Shown here in pieces: positions 49,173 to 63,350 of a stretch of DNA of 64,000 nucleotides. Position numbers and translations under genes: made by a program. How positions within the stretch are numbered: the first letter of the stretch is position 1; each line of letters begins with the position of its first letter. Origin of the DNA: Hydrolagus affinis (taxonomy: Eukaryota). The notes beneath the pieces are model-generated. The model was not told the DNA's origin. It did not search any database and worked only from the letters and a program-made list of their open reading frames with translations. The stretch lies in contig JAAILG010001116.1 of NCBI GenBank assembly GCA_012026655.1, forward strand, positions 1 to 64,000, read 5' to 3'.

Positions 49173-50671
49173 ATGCGCTTCAATTTGAAATGTTCCCCTG
49201 CCGTGAAAGGCATCATTTAAATGTAAATTGTTCCATGTTTGCCTTTACGAACCCTGGACCTGTGTTGTCTTGTCCTCCTACTTTGATTATACCCTGCTCG
49301 TATGATATATCTGAAAGTCAGCTACTTATGTCTCTCCTCTTTAAACAGTAAGCCTCTGATTTATTCATCCATCCAATGAACTGGAGGCAGAAATCATCTT
49401 GTCCGTAACACATATTTACACTGCCATTGTTTGAAAAATCAGCCGGTTGTTAGCAAGACATGGCCTTTCCAAAGCACTCCATCCTGCAGTTTAAAGGGTA
49501 ATAATTCTCTATATCTGAATGAGAAACACAGCAAGTAGGTGGTGACAAAGATTATCAGCATCGGAGCGAACCCCGTGCCTTCAATAGCAAAGCACTAGAG
49601 AGGCATATTGTTGTAATATTTTCTTGTCATCTCCGAAGCTACAACAAATCAGCGGGGAGCCCAGGAGTCAGATTATTATCAACATAATTATTGCTATTGC
49701 TTGATTTTCTAATGGTTGCGCTGTGTAATGTCCACGCAGACAGTGGGGCTGGCAGTGAGAACTCTGCCGTTCAGCAGCCATTTCATAAATCAATGCTAAA
49801 ACCAATACATAGTCACACTAATGCAGCCAGTGACAGTAAAAGTTAACACTGAACATTGGCCGTATCAATCTTCATAAGCATGTCCATGAAATCACAACTA
49901 GCTCAACATTACAGCGTGTCAGTCTCTAATGCATATAAAAGGACTGACCTGGTGGTGGCTTGATTAGGTGGGGGAATGGGGGGGAGAGGGGTGGGAGAGA
50001 GAGAGAGAGAGAGGGAGGGAGGGAGGGAGGGAGGAGGAGATACACATGGTTTGCACACTCCAGCACTCTTTTAGCGATGAGGCCAAAAAGGAAGGAGAGT
50101 CAAATGCGAGCGCTAATGAATTTAAATCAAAGATCTTGAATGCAGCAGCAGCAGCTGTGTATGCACAATGGTGTGTAATGAGGTTCTGATGATGTACTGG
50201 CATTCTGCTTTGATCGCTTCATCATCCATAGTGGTCTACTGGGAAAACCTGGGGCTGGTGGAATGACCTTGTCCCAGAGGATCTGCTAATGCTCAGACAT
50301 GAACTATTAAGATACTTAGTGTGCAGCCCCTATTTTGCAATGGTATCTGACAGAGCCGAGGTCAAGTCTGTTATTCGATAACGACCTCTTGGCTTTTTGC
50401 GCTGTCCATTTACCATGTCCTGAGAGTCCTTGGGTGATCAGAGAGAGACAGGAGGGAGAGAGCGAGAGAAAGATTTACTCATTTTAAAAAAATGTCACAA
50501 CCTGGTTTGGGAAATCTGCTGAAGTTTTGAAGAATTTTACTGTCTGCAGCCAATGAAAATATTTTGGACTGCCTGGGTGCGAGGAAGAGAATCAAGTCAT
50601 TCACTTCAAATGTGGACAGAGTTGTATCTTGTCCATGCTATTTCTAGCTCTCGTATGATCATATTACAATA

Positions 50672-50705
<34 letters not shown>

Positions 50706-50716
50706 TATGTGTGTGT
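50672..50716. repeat. (GT)n microsatellite, interrupted
   Basis: Direct observation. Confidence 0.92.
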
Positions 50717-53700
50717 GAGCTCAACTAACCAAACATGTTAAGAGTTATGATCTACTGTTGAAATAAAACACAATCACACCATAGACATTTGCATCAGAGA
50801 TTCTATACCTCTTCAAAACGGAAAACAAAGTCTTTCATTATTCCAATCTCTGAGATTTATGTGCCTGTGTATGTTCTGGTAGCAGCAGTATTTTTTGCTG
50901 GTACACACAGAAGCAGCTGAATGTGGGTCCAAGTTTACACATGTGATGGGACACTTGAAAGTGAAATAGACAAACAGTCTAGTCAAGGAGTTCAGATGTC
51001 AGCAAAACAGGAGCTACAGCTTCCCATCAGCATTACTCTGAAAACAGTTGAGAATTCAAGCAGCAAAACTTTAATACACACTGCTTCTTCCGTCTGTGGA
51101 CATCAAGAGATATCACCAAAACCCTGGAGTCTCAAATTGCTTATGATCATAAAACCATTCTCTTTGAATAACTTGTAAAATCCTGCAGAAATTAGGTAAA
51201 TTCTTAAATTTTTGCCTTAATTTGAAAGGTAGATTTCCATAGTTCTTTTATTCATATTTTAAGGAATTTCCAAAATTTCTGAACGGTCTTAATTTTTGAT
51301 GTAGTGGCAGCAGCATAATAATAATTCTCACATTTGTTACAGTGCCTCTACTTTGAGAACATCTCAACTTCTCAAAGCGCTTAACAGGCCTCATATGTAA
51401 TGTGCATTTGTAGGAAAACACGATAGGCCTTTGCGCTCAGCATGTTCCTACAAACAGCTGTGAGGCAAATGACGAGTATATTTGGAGGATCGTTGGCGAG
51501 GATATTGGGAAACATGGCTTGGGATCTTTATCCATCTGAAATCTCAGTTTCAAGCCTCATCCAAATGGCACTTGAGATGATGGTCAAGTCTAAGACCATC
51601 AGCATTTTCAGGTCTCAGGTCTTCAGTATAGTTTAAACGCGAAATACATTTCCTTGCTGAACCAGCATTTACTGTGTTAAATTTAAAAAATAATAATAAT
51701 TTGGTCACTCAATCCATGGCTGTTTGTGGGACATGGCTGTTTGCAATTGGCTGCTAGGTTTCCCCCCAAAATACAGTGAATTCACTTTACAGTATATCCT
51801 GTGAAGTGCTTTGAGGTGTCTCGAAGGCGAGATATGGTGTAATATCAAATGCAAGAACTGTTATCATTATGATTAAGGGAGGAAAGTCTGTGACTTGAGT
51901 TGGTACCCGAGAACAACTTCAATCTTTAGGCTCAGCTACGAGCCATATCAGAGCTGCTTATGTTTTAATCTCATTGCTTACATTTTTTTTTAACTGCACA
52001 GCCAGCGAGCTTGAAGTCTATCAGCTAAAGCTAGAGTTTTGGAATACAACTTGAAACTCATTTACGGATATCGATTACCATTTGTAATATGCGGCAGTTT
52101 CCCTTTAATATTTTTGCTACAGTGGCTATGCTTGCTTTCTTTGATGTGGAGGCTTTTCAATATAGTTTAAATGCGAAAGTAGTAATGTATGACAAAAGAC
52201 TTCGTCAAGTGTACAACATGTGACCTGCAGTTACTAAATGATGAGATAGTATGCATTATTATCAGTTTCATGTTTCCCCTGACTAGATCATAGGAAGATT
52301 TGCTGCCTGCAACAAAGCTATTTTCAAAGGAACCCACTATTTGATGACAATAAATCCCGTACATCAGTTGACTCTAAGTCTAATGTATCAGAGCATGAAT
52401 ATGTTAGTGTCTTCAAAACAACCATAATTCCCAAATCTAACAATAATCGCTTCACATTTCTAAAACAAATATATCTGACTGCATAGCTTAGGAATCATTC
52501 AGTGACCAATCAACTAACAACTGGGTTCCTACTTACCGCTAGGTAAACAGAGGCGAGTGAGGTAAAGAAACTTGCCTAAGGTTTGGCCCTGCCTGCAAAT
52601 CGAACCCGGGTCCTCTCACTTACGAGCGCTCTAACCAATATACTACAGGACGCCACAATGCACACATTAATATTAGTTCAGTAAATTGTATCTTCTGAAA
52701 CAGAATCATCAGTGTGGTGCGAAGCTGTGGGTGAGTCAGGGCAATGTTTCCTGCAAAACCTCCAAATATGTCTCATTTTCTAGCCTAATAGCAACAATTT
52801 CTCCAATTACTGTATACGAAAAATAGGATAATAACCTAGAATCTAATCAGTTTCTAAAACCTGACATCCTCACCCATAACTAACTGCCTTCCTTCCGCAC
52901 TAACACATTCTACCCTAGAATTCATTGTCTTCCGTCTATATGCTGTATTTTGTTTCATTTAGAGAATGCAAGCATTTTGATCTTGTATTACAGCTTGCAA
53001 TCTACTAGTACTTGGAACAACATCTGTGCATTAATGTTGTCAGCTTTCCAAAATAATGTTTTAATAACATTTGGATGCACAGAGAGAGAATGAATGAATG
53101 AATGAATGAAAAGCAGAACTTTCTCAACTACTACATTCTGTCTCAATCTTTTTAAGTGGAAAGTTTGGTTTCTTGACTGTCTTGACTGTTCTATATTGGA
53201 CAGCAGAGAATGGTCAACATACAAACACAATCTCTCACTCAGCTAAATTGCCAATCTCAGCCAGGCTGTTTATGGACGATCCCAACAACAACAACAAAAT
53301 TAAACTTGTACAGCGCCTTTCATGCCAGGAGGACGTCCCAAGAGTTCACAGAGTTCAGGTGTCAGGAGGTGGGTAACAACACTGTGCTAGTTTTGTATGC
53401 ATTCTTGTTCTCGGAGTATCCTCTGCCCTGCCATATTTGGCAACTCAAAGTTTCATGCCACAGTGGAGGATCCATCAATGAGAGATGAGTAAGAAAGAAT
53501 TAGCGGGACATAACTTGAATCAGGTCAAAAAGAAGAATTTGAGGAAACTACTGACAAATATTGCAGCTTGTTGATAAACAATGAAAAAATACCATAATAA
53601 TTTGGTCGCTCAATCCCAGACTGTTTGTGGGACACTGCTGTGTGCAATTAATTGGCTGCCGCGTTTCGCCCACAAAATATAGTTAATTTTCTTTGCAGTA

Positions 53701-54439
53701 CATTCTGTGATGCGCTTTGAGACGTCTCGGAGGTGACAGGTCAGAGCCTACTGAGCAGAGGGAGATAAGGTGCTGTATCAAACGCAAGAATTATTATAAC
53801 GAGAATGCAGAACAGAATCCCCAACTTTGCTGTCTTCCCAAACTGTTTCTTAAATGACCTTTACCAGTCTTTCTATATACCATTCCAGTCATTTGATTCT
53901 CAGCCACATGTCCCCCTGATCACATTGGTTCTGGTTTTTGTGATTTTCCGTTCATCGAAATCTACTTTCACAGTGCTATTCGTTCTAGCTCTAACATATT
54001 CTTGGCAGAGTCTGGCTTAAATTCCACCGACCTTTTTCTGTGCTGTAAATTTCTTTGGTTCTACGCTTCCCTACTCGGGTGACATTAAGTATTCCTCCGG
54101 TCACTGCTCATTTCATGAAATCTGTACTCTCCACGACATGCCACCACGTACTCTCTCACAGCAAGCAAGCACTGAATGATAAACTACACAGTCCTTTTAT
54201 TTCTTCACCTCTGGGACCTGAACATGAACCATGGAAATTTACTGCACAAGGAAGAAAGTATTAGGCTGATAGTGTGCTCTTTCTCAGTCCCATTTACCTG
54301 ATTTTACTTCCCCATTTCCCTGCAGTTTATTCCTTTTTAATATGGATCAATGGGATTGAATTGATCTTTCAAAGAGCCAGCACAAACACAATGGCCTTGT
54401 TCTGTGCTGTAAAATAACATTTTCTCCTTGGCCTTGCCC

Positions 54440-54820
54440 ACACCTACCTCAGTGACCAGTTAACCGTTACCTACCTGTCCGTTCCCTCTGCTCAGTAGGC
54501 TCTGACCTGCTCCACATCCCCCGCCTGGCTCGCTTGGTCCACACCGGTGGTCGGGATTTCAGCCTCTCTGACCCCACCCTTTGAAACTCTCCATCCCACA
54601 TTCCCTTTGCCTTGCTTCCACCTTTGTTTTCTTCAAGACATTTCTCAAGATCCTTCTCTTTAACCATGCCTTTTACCACAATCCTACCCTCCCTGCCTTC
54701 TCCCCTCCATTACCCCAACTCTGTCCCCCCTCAACTCAGGTTCAAATCCCTGACTGTCCAGCAACTTGGGACATCATCCCGATGGGAAAGGCGCTAGCTA
54801 CACAACTGTAATTTTGTATT
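54440..54820 (+). mobile_element. L2 3' fragment, second subfamily
   Basis: ttcagcctctctgaccccacc…caggttcaaatccctgactgtccagc…gaaaggcgct. Confidence 0.78.
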
Positions 54821-55139
54821 GTATGGTTCTGATTCTCTCTTGAAAACTAATATGGATCTTGCTTGTCTGGGCATTCCACAACCTAACAACTCTCCACTTG
54901 AAGAAATTCTCCTTATCTCCCTCTTTGCTCTCTTACTATCTTAAATTGATGCCTACGAGTCATTGACTCAACAACCAATGGAAATAATTTCTTCCTTCTA
55001 CTCCAGCCCAGAGTATGATATATTCCTCTCTCTCTTGCCCTGCAGGTGTACTATGAAAGCTAATTTTGGGTGGTCTTAACTCCGCTCCCCAGGGACATGA
55101 GTTAATCAAATAAAAATTACTGAATAATAATCATATAAC

Positions 55140-55380
55140 AATAGTCCTTGCATTTGATATCGTGCCTTATTACATCCACTGTAAAGTGAATTGACAGTAT
55201 GTTTGTGGGCAAAACGCGGCAGCCAATTGTGCACAGATGTGTCCCACAAACAGTTATGGATTGAAGTGATCAACTTTTTTTGAAGGAATTACCTGAAATC
55301 GTGATCCTCCAATTAACTAACAACCAGGTTCCTACTTACTGCTCGCTAAACAGTGGGAGTACGGAGTAAGGATACTTGCT
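55140..55380 (-). mobile_element. tRNA-derived SINE, long form, partial
   Basis: Tail, body and start of the head junction. Further partial copies lie near 22, 2115, 5750, 9130, 11965, 12520, 26120, 33850, 34105, 36600, 40480, 51690, 52505, 53595, 60260 and 62985. Confidence 0.8.
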
Positions 55381-58300
55381 CAACATAGAAGTTGACAGAA
55401 TCTCACTCAGAGACTACAAGGATGGCTGGTATTATGAAGTGAAATATCAAGTTTGATTCAATACAGAACAGACATACTCAGCTAGAGTCGGTCATAATGT
55501 TGAAGCAAATGGCCCATATTATAACTACCACAGCAATGCTACCAGCTGGTGCATGAGGTGAGAAAATGCTTCTTCATTCCTTAGCAGAAAAACTAGAAAA
55601 ATTTACAGCATTTCTTTCACAGTAAAAGGACACCTGCTTATTCTGTTAATCTATCAATTATTTCTGCAAGAATCAAAAAGAAAAGCAATTCTGATAGCAC
55701 TACGGAAACAGGAGTAGGACATTCAACCCCTTGAGCACGTTCTGCTATTGTATTAGATCACGACTGATGTGTACCTCAATGCTTGCCTTTGATACACCTG
55801 CATTCTACAAAGACAGTAACTATTTGTGGGCGAGCATGATAGCTAGTTTGCATACAGCAATGACCCACAGACAACCATTAAGTGATCAATCAATTTATTA
55901 TCTGTGGGATTGCTTGCGAGGATACTGAGAGAAATTCCCTTCTCTTTTCATGTAGTACAATAGTGTCCTCAATATGCACTTAAACATGCAGCGAGACCTT
56001 GTCTTAACATCTCACCCGAATGACAGGGCCTTGAACAATGTAGTACAGTTCTGAATGCCAGCCTCTATGAGCTTGAAATCCTGACAGCAGGCTTGAACCC
56101 ACAAAGTCTGACTCAGAGAGAGGAAAGCTTCCAAAGTGAGTCAGGCTGACACCCAAGTCATGTTGAGTGTGGAAAATAACTCAAGTTAAAAATTAACCAA
56201 AACAAGATATGCTTAAACAACAATAAAATTACATTGATGAGAGCGCCTTTTGCCTTTCTTAGGAGGACCTCCCAAGACCCTGGATGAACAAAGACAAATA
56301 TGTTAAAAATAAGTTGTTTTAATATCCGCTCATTCCAGGGAGTGATTGGAAGGGTTTAATCTAACCTCAAGGTACAAATAATGGTTGGAAACAACTCTTG
56401 CTTTGTTCTTGTAGTCTGATATAATCCCATCCCATGAGATGTCTGCATAGCAATCACTACATTCCAGGGTATCCATTATTCTTTATCTATTGCTTAATGC
56501 TGCTGCAGTTTTGGTAATATTGCTAATTGTAAAAAACCGTCAAGTCACTTCATCATTCATAGCATATGCAATGAAGCACTTGACTAGTTTATTCCTCATA
56601 AAACACAGCAATAAAGTGCAGGAAATGAAATCACACGGCCATTGTGTGTCCTAACTGCCCTCTCAGGAACGGAAAATCAGCCTGAATTCTAAAAGCCGGC
56701 ACACTTCATATCCACTCACACAGTTTTGATGGGTTTCTTCTTCATTAAACTTCCAGCTGATAGCTGGAAGCCACATGATAACTGTGAAAGGTTATTTTTT
56801 TTAAAAAAAACCAGACCTGAGTATTATAGTTTTCTTTTGACTCATATCCATTTCAAGAGTAACCAAATGCATAAAATGGTATGAGAGAGGCCTGTTAATA
56901 GTGACCAAAAACGTCTGTTACTTTTAATTTAAAGAGGGAGATTCGAAATGGGGTCCGTTTAGTAATAATAAAGCAAACTGTTATATATTTCCTTTCACAA
57001 TATTGGTCTGGACAAAGGCCCTTCAGCCCATCCAAACTTCACTCACTTCATTGCTGTTTGCCTCTTCATTAAACTTCAGCCACTACTCCCTGGAGCTTTG
57101 GAACTCTCTCCCTTAATCCCACCACCTTGCCCCCTCCTTCCCTGCTTTTAGATCATTAATGAAGACCTTCCTCTTTTGATGGGAATGACAAATTTTATCT
57201 GGGGGTAGTCAGCCAATTCACTGGAAGAAACTCCCTTCTCTTCCCGACAGCAACCAGAGCTCAAATCAGAATTCTTGGCGAGAAAAGAGAAGTGAACTAT
57301 TCCCTTGTAACTCAAATGTTGTTGCCAATACATTTGGTAATTTGAATTGCCCTGCAGTTGTAAAATAACTGTTCCTGATAAACACTGCGAGAGAACATTT
57401 GCAGACACGTCCACGACTGGAACACAATGCCAGTCACAAAAACAGCCATTAAATGACAAACTGCGAATTCATGATTCCGGAAGAGACAAATAGTTAGTGG
57501 TGACTCTGGACATATCTGGCTAACCCTTCACTCGTTACAGGATGGCAAAAATAACAACCACACTGTAATCCACGCAGAGGTGTTTGTCAATGAGGAATCT
57601 TGCTTATTTGTACATCAAAGTGCTATACTGGTCAAATCTGCGCACTGATCCTGCAGTGTATTAATCAACGATTAACATAGACTGCACTTTATTACTGCAG
57701 TATGATTTAGAATATGCCGCAGCAATGCTTTGATTACCTCAGTGTATCCTCAGAGGACAGTAGCACTTCTGCACTGAAATAATAAAGAATAAAGCCAGCT
57801 GTGTTCTGGCTATGTGCTTCATCTACTCCGAACAGAACATTTATAGTGGCACCCACAGGCTGCGTCCAAAATACACATTTTTTGATTTCTTCTCCCTTCT
57901 CTGGTCTTTTTGTCATCCATAGGGCAAGTGACATTACTGAAGTGAGAGGCTCTCTCTTTCTCGGCGCACTTTCTGTCCTCCCTCCTCTTACACCTCCTTT
58001 GCGATGTGGAATGGCAAAGCATCTTCAAGTATTTAACCAACCCCTGTGGGGAAACCGTGCTCTGCATCTTGGCTCAGTGACCTAGTGGATATCTAGGAAT
58101 GTGGGTAACTCAAATGTGATTCCCTACAACTATGTACTGGAATGCAATAGTATTTCTATGGCGCCTTACATTTTCTGTACCCTATAAACAAGGAAACTAC
58201 TCTCTAAACATTTGAACATTTCCTCAGAAATGTTCTGAGGAAGAACAAGCTCCCTCGTAACAACACTTCCATTGCCATTCTTGACATGGGATGTCAAATC

Positions 58301-61149
58301 CAGAGAGTACTTTCTCAGTAAGTCCTCACCTTAGCAGCGGAAGAGTTCCAGACCTCCTCTTGTTGCCACAGTTTAAGGAGCTTGCCATATAGGAAAGCGA
58401 GAGAATAAAAAAAACAACAAAGTTCATTGTGTAGTAGTGCCTTTCACATTGGGAGGACATCCCAAAGCCCTGGGACCTGGTAGAACAGGAGATATTCCCT
58501 CACTCCAGCAATGTTGACTGCCCTAGAATGTCCAAAGGCACTCAATCCATGGCTATTCCTTCTGTAGCTCAAGATGTTGAATACTGAGGTATATTGCAGC
58601 TCTTGCCAATTTTAAAATTTGGCGTTGCCTTCAAAATACACACTACAGTATACACAGTCACTGCCTTCAATGTAGTAAAGCTACAAAGGATTTCAATTCT
58701 CAATGTTAAAAGACAAGGGATCTTCTTGAATCCATTGTACAGCACAGTCTCTACATTCAGTGCATTTAGCATCTGCCACTTTCATTCAGGTTGTGGATGC
58801 TGGCAATTTTCTTTTGTGGCAATTGACAAGGCTTCTCCAAATAAGCAGCATTTCACAAAAATTGCAACTTAAATCTATTTTGCTTGGGGGGTGGGGGGTG
58901 GGGGAAAGAGAGAGAGAGAAAGAATGAAAAATTTGCTGAAAGAACTTGGGAATTGCTTTTTTCATTTCTGCGCTGCTCATATTCCAGGCTGTTGCAACAT
59001 CATTTTCGGTGTACAGCGGAGACAGAAACATTGTGCGTTTGTTTTTCTTAAAGAGCCAAGCTCACCACAGGAATGCACTTTAATTTTTTTTTACAAAAAC
59101 AGCATGAAAATTTTACCCTAAACATTTTTTTCCATTAATCTGTTTCTTTCCCTGTGCATATTAATCTATAAATAGCAAAACGGGAAAAATTGTTTCAAAG
59201 CACATATACAGTACTCAGTCTAACAGTATAAGGAAACTAATATGTACGCATTCATTAATCTGGATGATTTAGGGACAAGTATGTGATTTCAACCATCTGG
59301 CTCAATGACCACTCCAAACGAGAGACACAACATTAATTATTGTCTTTATACTCTTTTCGAAGTGAGGATAAAGTGACTTCTAATTTAAGACATACAATTT
59401 AATAAGGCTGAATTTAAGAATGTTCCACGATTCTGCATTTAAGATCATGGGTCTTAAAGCTAACACCATTAGACTTTCAACTTCTCAGCTCCTCAATATC
59501 ACCATTGTTTTTATTTTCTTCAGAAACCTATGCACAAACCAATTTTCAGCAATATCAGAGGGCGGGACAGTTAAATGTTCCAACCATATACATTACAAAC
59601 CAGGACATTTAAAATGAAAAGGTATACAGCTACAATTTTGGTGGGAAATGAATTATCACTGATGTGCAACGAGAAACATGAGCAGGTGGAGAAAGGATAA
59701 GTCCCATAGGATACGTCTACAACATATATATTTTACATTTTCAAACTGTGTGAGCTCCACTCAGGTATTTCCATTTCCCATATTCCTAGGACATGGATCC
59801 GATATGTAGACAAAGCCCCTTGAGGACAAGAAGACATCTAACCTGATCAGGAAGCCAAGCACAGAGAGACTTGCTATTGGAATGGAATCACAGCAATCCT
59901 TTTCCTAACTAATCCTCAGTTTTGGATCTATATAGCCCATTCCTGCACATGCCTCCTTTGTCCAAAGCATTGCATTAACACAATTAACACGTGTATAGCA
60001 GATAATCTTCTGTACTTAATTTTTTTGAAAGTACAGAAAATCAATATAAAGACAATGCAACAATTAATTTGATGTGGCATATGTATGTACATATGTATAT
60101 ATGATTCATTGGCTTATTAAACTTGCAGAATTGATTAAAATTTATAGAATTTAATAAATAAAATGAGAAATGTTTATTACTTTGCTAATACTGTACATCC
60201 CTTTTCTCTCAGCAAGCATTTAGCAGAAAACACACCGTGTTTTTCAGAAGAAAAATAATATTATAATAATCGTTGCATTTGATGTAGTGCCTTATCACAC
60301 ATTCGAGACGTCTCAAAACGCTTCAGAATATACTGTTATGTAAACTGACTGTACAGTATATTTATATGAAAAATGCAGATGGAAAACAACAAGGGCAATG
60401 AAGATGGGCCAATAAACGTGGGTGATTTTTTGTCCGTTTAACAATGGGAGAATATTAGAACTGGATAAAAGAAAGGTGGAAAAAAAATGTTCTTCATTGC
60501 AATCTCCCAAGTGCAGAAGTAACCAGGAGATCAAAACCTTTTACTGTTGTCATCCGAACACATAAAAATGTTCACTCATTCCCCATAAACTGTACTTGTT
60601 AAGTTATCTCGAGGGCACACCTGGCTTTCACATCAATGCCTTGTGCTAAATGTCCTGGTGTTTATAGGTGCTGGCAATATGTTCTAAGTCAGTGGTTCCT
60701 GAATTTTCGGTTTTCGAAGTTAACTCCCTTGTCGTAAACTTCACGATAACTACAGTTATGCTAGAAAGAATGCAATTTGGAAACAGATAATTAAATATGA
60801 TGAACTTTCAAGGCTCTTTTCATTTTTAATTAGCTTCAAAGTTGTATTTCAACACAATCCTGCTGTTTGTTTGCTCCTGTGATGATCTGAGGTAGCTGAG
60901 ATTCTAGTTGCTTTGTCTGTCACTGACTGCTTGGAATGTCCACCACCACCATCTGTCACATTGAACTCATCCTTCCAGAATAGCCACCTTTCCGTTCTCC
61001 TATTATAGCAGCAAGCTGTCCAGGCTAATTGATGAGGTTCTGGGTCCCCATATTCTCAGGGATCTCTTTTATACTGCATTTCAGGATCAATTTCTACCAT
61101 CGGCACGGATTGGTACTGTTGAAGAGTCCGTATGAAGCTCAGTAACAGT

Positions 61150-61380
61150 TAATAATGACTATCATTGTCCCTTATGTCAGTCGCAGACTTCCTTGCCTCC
61201 TTCAAATCCCGCCTCAAGAACTTACTGTTCGACCGTGTCTTCGATCACCCTCCTGCCCTCACCCTCCCTACCCTCCTGATCCCACCCCCCAACCTGGGTC
61301 CAAATCCTTCACTGTCCAGCAACCCTGGGACATCCTCCTGACGTGAAAGGCATTATACAAATGTAATTTATTATTGTTGT
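61150..61380 (+). mobile_element. L2 3' fragment, second subfamily
   Basis: ggtccaaatccttcactgtccagc…gacatcctcctgacgtgaaaggc tail. Confidence 0.75.
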
Positions 61381-61499
61381 TCCTGGTGGATCCATATTGC
61401 TGGGAAGGTTACTGTTTCAAAGCTTGTAGTGCTGGCTATTTCTGCATGGGATGAAGTCTCTTCTCCTGTGACAGGTTTGCGCAACCGCGATGGTTGCCA

Positions 61500-61780
61500 T
61501 ATGGCTTATGGCACCTTGCTCAACTGGCCATTAATAAAAAGTGAGCCGTAACGGTGAGTATTGGCAGAGTATTTCACTACAACAGCAATCACAGCCGCGC
61601 TCAATCTGTGCTCAAGCAATGTCCACAGACGCACACACAGAGTTCTCTGGATAACAATCACGATTGGGAATCTTAGCTGCCTTTTCTCCTCTCACTAACT
61701 CAGGGGCTTCAAAACCAATTCAGCTCAGAATCGAACCTTCAATTTTCAAGTCCATGCCTTTACCCACCAGGCTACAGAGC
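61500..61780 (-). mobile_element. Ancient SINE remnant, AmnSINE2-like
   Basis: Minus strand: tRNA-like head (tagcctggtggg…ggttcgattc), then gtgtgcgtctgtggacattg…ggctgtgat…ctgccaatactcaccgt…ggctcac…aatggcca. Matches a recalled consensus; the name is unverified. Confidence 0.5.
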
Positions 61781-63204
61781 AACTTAAACAAATATTGCCA
61801 ACAGTTGCCAACCTGTGTCTAATACTCTCCAGATTTCTGCAAGCAACAACAAAGGCCTGAGGCTCAGTGGTTAGACCACTCGCCTTACAAGTGTGAGACC
61901 TGTGTTTCGAATCCAGTCAAATCTAGCCGACAGCAAGGAATTTGCCTAGTCAAGCCTGGATGCTATGAATGCATGTATGAGAGATGTAGAATGCGTTCCT
62001 CCGGGGAGAGAGTGTGCATTCCATTCCAACAATCTATCGCTTAGGATTTCCATGTGTAAATGGAATGCATGGAATTCTCGGCTTGGTTTGGATACTCTTT
62101 GGATGGGTTTTTTCCCCGCATGTCAGACACCTGGCTGACCAAAAATCAGTGGACAGTCAGCAGTCTCCCCGACTAGACTACTCTCTCAGCTGAGGAAATA
62201 TGCAGGCTAGAAAAAAAAAGCCTTAAAGGAAGGGGGAGAAAAATAAAATGTTTCAAACGATTTGCCTAAAGGGAGGAGAAAAAAATAAATGACCTACATT
62301 CAACATGACAGGTGCCTTATCAAATACAAGGATTATTGTTGTTCCTAACGTTATTACTTTCACACCTATCTCTACTGGTAGCTTTCACACAATCTGACAA
62401 GCTGCTTTCCCTGCGCATCTCTTACAAAAGTATTTAACGTGCTGCGCATTTGCAAGCCTGTTGGCATTCCTCAACCACTTCTGCAGATCCTGACATCATT
62501 AGAACGACTTGAGTTATCAGCATGGTTGATGTACCATTTGACCATCTAAAATTGTTTGGAGATATTTAAATGTGGTGCAAACTCTTCATAACCTCTCCCC
62601 TATAGTGTACGAACAGCATTTTGTCTGACTGTTGCTTGGCTTGCTGGATAACAAAGTGGGGTGTTGCACTTTCTCGGTTCTCCTTCACATAAGACTGAAC
62701 TAGCCGAGGAGCACAAGAAGTTAAGTAAATTTTCAAAGGAATTTCCTTTCGAATTGGCTTTTATTGATTTCTGAACTGGACCCTGCTGCTACCAGTCCTT
62801 TGTTAAGATGTGGCAGAATCTTGCGGATGGTGTTTCCAAATCATCATATTGAAAAGGAAATGAAACGGCACTGTGCTGTGAACGTCTCGCCTCATTGCCT
62901 CTCCACAGTGTGAGCAGCGTGTTGTGGGATTGGATACTCCCCCATGCTGTCAGCTGGCCTGCACTTTTAAGAGGTATGCAATCAAGATAATAATAATAAT
63001 AATGATCCTTGCATTTTATTTGGCGCCTTACCATGTCTTCAAGATGTCTCAAAGGGCTTGCTTGACAGAATATACTGTAATATACGTACATTCTGTGGGC
63101 GAAATGGGGCAAGCAAATTGACTAACAATCAGATTCTTACTTACTGCCAGGTAAACAGAGGTGTGTGGTATAAGGAAACTTGCCTAAGGTTTCGTCCAGC
63201 TCAG

Positions 63205-63350
63205 GAAGCTAAAGACCTTTCTCTTTGACTACGCCTTCAGTCACCTTTCTCTCCCTGCCCCTGGCTCGCCCCCGTGATCTGTGATTGTGAAGCGCTCTGA
63301 GATGCCATCTGGCGTGGAGGGCGCTATATAAATCAAAGTTGTTGTTGTTG
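63205..63350 (+). mobile_element. L2 3' end inserted into the head of a minus-strand SINE
   Basis: Close match to 47995-48135 (aagacctttctctttgactac…ggagggcgctatataaatcaaagttgttgttgttg). Confidence 0.85.
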
